Below, piece by piece: positions 62,986 to 64,000 of a stretch of 64,000 nt of DNA. The stretch's first letter is position 1. Each line of letters starts with the position of its first letter. The translations under genes and the position numbers were made by a program. The stretch comes from Vulcanimicrobiota bacterium (GTDB lineage Bacteria; Vulcanimicrobiota; Vulcanimicrobiia; Vulcanimicrobiales; Vulcanimicrobiaceae): the NCBI GenBank assembly GCA_963786105.1, contig CAWAXX010000024.1:1-64000 (forward strand), given 5' to 3'. The notes beneath the pieces are model-generated. The model was given only the letters and a program-made list of their open reading frames with translations. It did no database searches and was not told where the DNA came from.

Positions 62986-64000
62986 CGTCCGGTGGCTGTC
63001 CGTCGGGAAGTTGATGGAGGAAGTACTCGGCCTTGAGCGGTGCATTGATGTGATGGAATTTGTGCGGCGGTTTGGAAAAGTCGAAGACGTCGACGATACT
63101 CGTCGCGCGAGAGTCGGTGTGATTGAGCGAGGGGAGATGGAAAGCTTCCTCGATAAATTTCAGGATGCTGCCGTACTCGTACTGCGTATGCGAGACGTGA
63201 TGCACCTTTGAGTACGGTGAAATGATGATACATGGTACGCGAAAGCCGAGACCAACCCAATCCGGCTGCGGCGGCGGCACGTTGTCGTACCACCCGCCCC
63301 AGTCATCCCAGAGTACGATGATGGCGGTGTCGTTCCAGTACTTGCTTTCCCCGATGGCGTTGACGATCGACGAGACCCACGACGGACCGCCGGTGTTGCC
63401 GACGTCGTGATCGGAGTTGGGCGACTTCGGCACGACCCACGACATCGACGGGAGTTTCCCATCGGCGATATCGGTGAGGACGGTCGTTTCGGGCGAAATG
63501 ACGTGGTTCTTCCAATCCGGACCCTCGTATACGGCCTTGATTGCACGGAACTCCGACCAAACGCGCGAGCCGAAGTCCTCGGTTAGCGAGGGGGCGTAGT
63601 ACTTCCACGACACTTTCGCGTGATCGAGCGTGCCGGCCATCGTCGTGAACTGCGTGAAGCACGGATATGGTCCCCACGGAGCCGGATTTGAGGGAGGGTA
63701 GCCCGACCAGTGATGCTGTGGGTCGAGGATTTGCGTTTTCGTGGGGGGATTCTTAGGCGCATCGCACCCCCACGGCGTTTGCGTCGGAACGGTTACCGCC
63801 TCGTTGCTGCTAATCTGAGTTGTGCCCGCGATCAAATCGAGATGCGCCGAGAAGCTGCCGCCCCATGCCGTCGGAAACATATGATCGGCGAGCGTGTAGT
63901 TGTACGCCATGTCCCAGTACGGCTGTATCAGCGTTTTCTTGAGATAAGCATAAGACGCATACCCTGACGGGTTGTTCGGCGGCTTGTCGAACGGCACGAT
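62978..64000 (-). CDS. Phosphoesterase paralog 8, 5' end beyond window
   Basis: [27 protein letters not shown], ends PPDDE. Confidence 0.9.
   Translation of the reverse strand: MVPFDKPPNNPSGYASYAYLKKTLIQPYWDMAYNYTLADHMFPTAWGGSFSAHLDLIAGTTQISSNEAVTVPTQTPWGCDAPKNPPTKTQILDPQHHWSGYPPSNPAPWGPYPCFTQFTTMAGTLDHAKVSWKYYAPSLTEDFGSRVWSEFRAIKAVYEGPDWKNHVISPETTVLTDIADGKLPSMSWVVPKSPNSDHDVGNTGGPSWVSSIVNAIGESKYWNDTAIIVLWDDWGGWYDNVPPPQPDWVGLGFRVPCIIISPYSKVHHVSHTQYEYGSILKFIEEAFHLPSLNHTDSRATSIVDVFDFSKPPHKFHHINAPLKAEYFLHQLPDGQPPDDE

Overview
Bacterial high-GC DNA that appears to be a mosaic of three parts, with scattered single-base frameshifts typical of uncorrected long reads. (1) 1-6652: carbohydrate-esterase genes, an IclR regulator with a palindromic operator, and a truncated cytochrome-c/DUF1592 (PSD) protein. 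The gene content looks Acidobacteriota/Planctomycetota-like (inference). It joins abruptly, mid-gene, to part 2. (2) 6653-29410: a mostly clean housekeeping block from near the replication origin: maf-mreC-mreD-mrdA, an aminotransferase, trpS, thiDE, parAB with two tandem parS sites, a CCA-family nucleotidyltransferase, rsmG, mnmG, mnmE, jag, yidC, yidD, rnpA, rpmH. It carries a Terrabacteria-type LexA box. A Ca. Eremiobacterota origin is my inference. dnaA does not follow rpmH. (3) 29.5-64 kb: a surface-glycan island (GT61, GT2/GT4 and GT8-like transferases, two DegT aminotransferases, WecD- and NeuD/PglD-like acetyltransferases, a sulfotransferase, a radical SAM enzyme with an N-terminal SPASM-like domain, methyltransferases). 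It is interleaved with eight paralogous AcpA/phospholipase-C-family phosphoesterases, mostly lipoproteins. It also encodes three paralogous methyltransferase-coiled-coil proteins reminiscent of WbdD rulers; only one keeps an intact SAM-binding motif. This island is the best candidate for an undescribed system. No rRNA, tRNA, CRISPR array or recognisable transposase was found.
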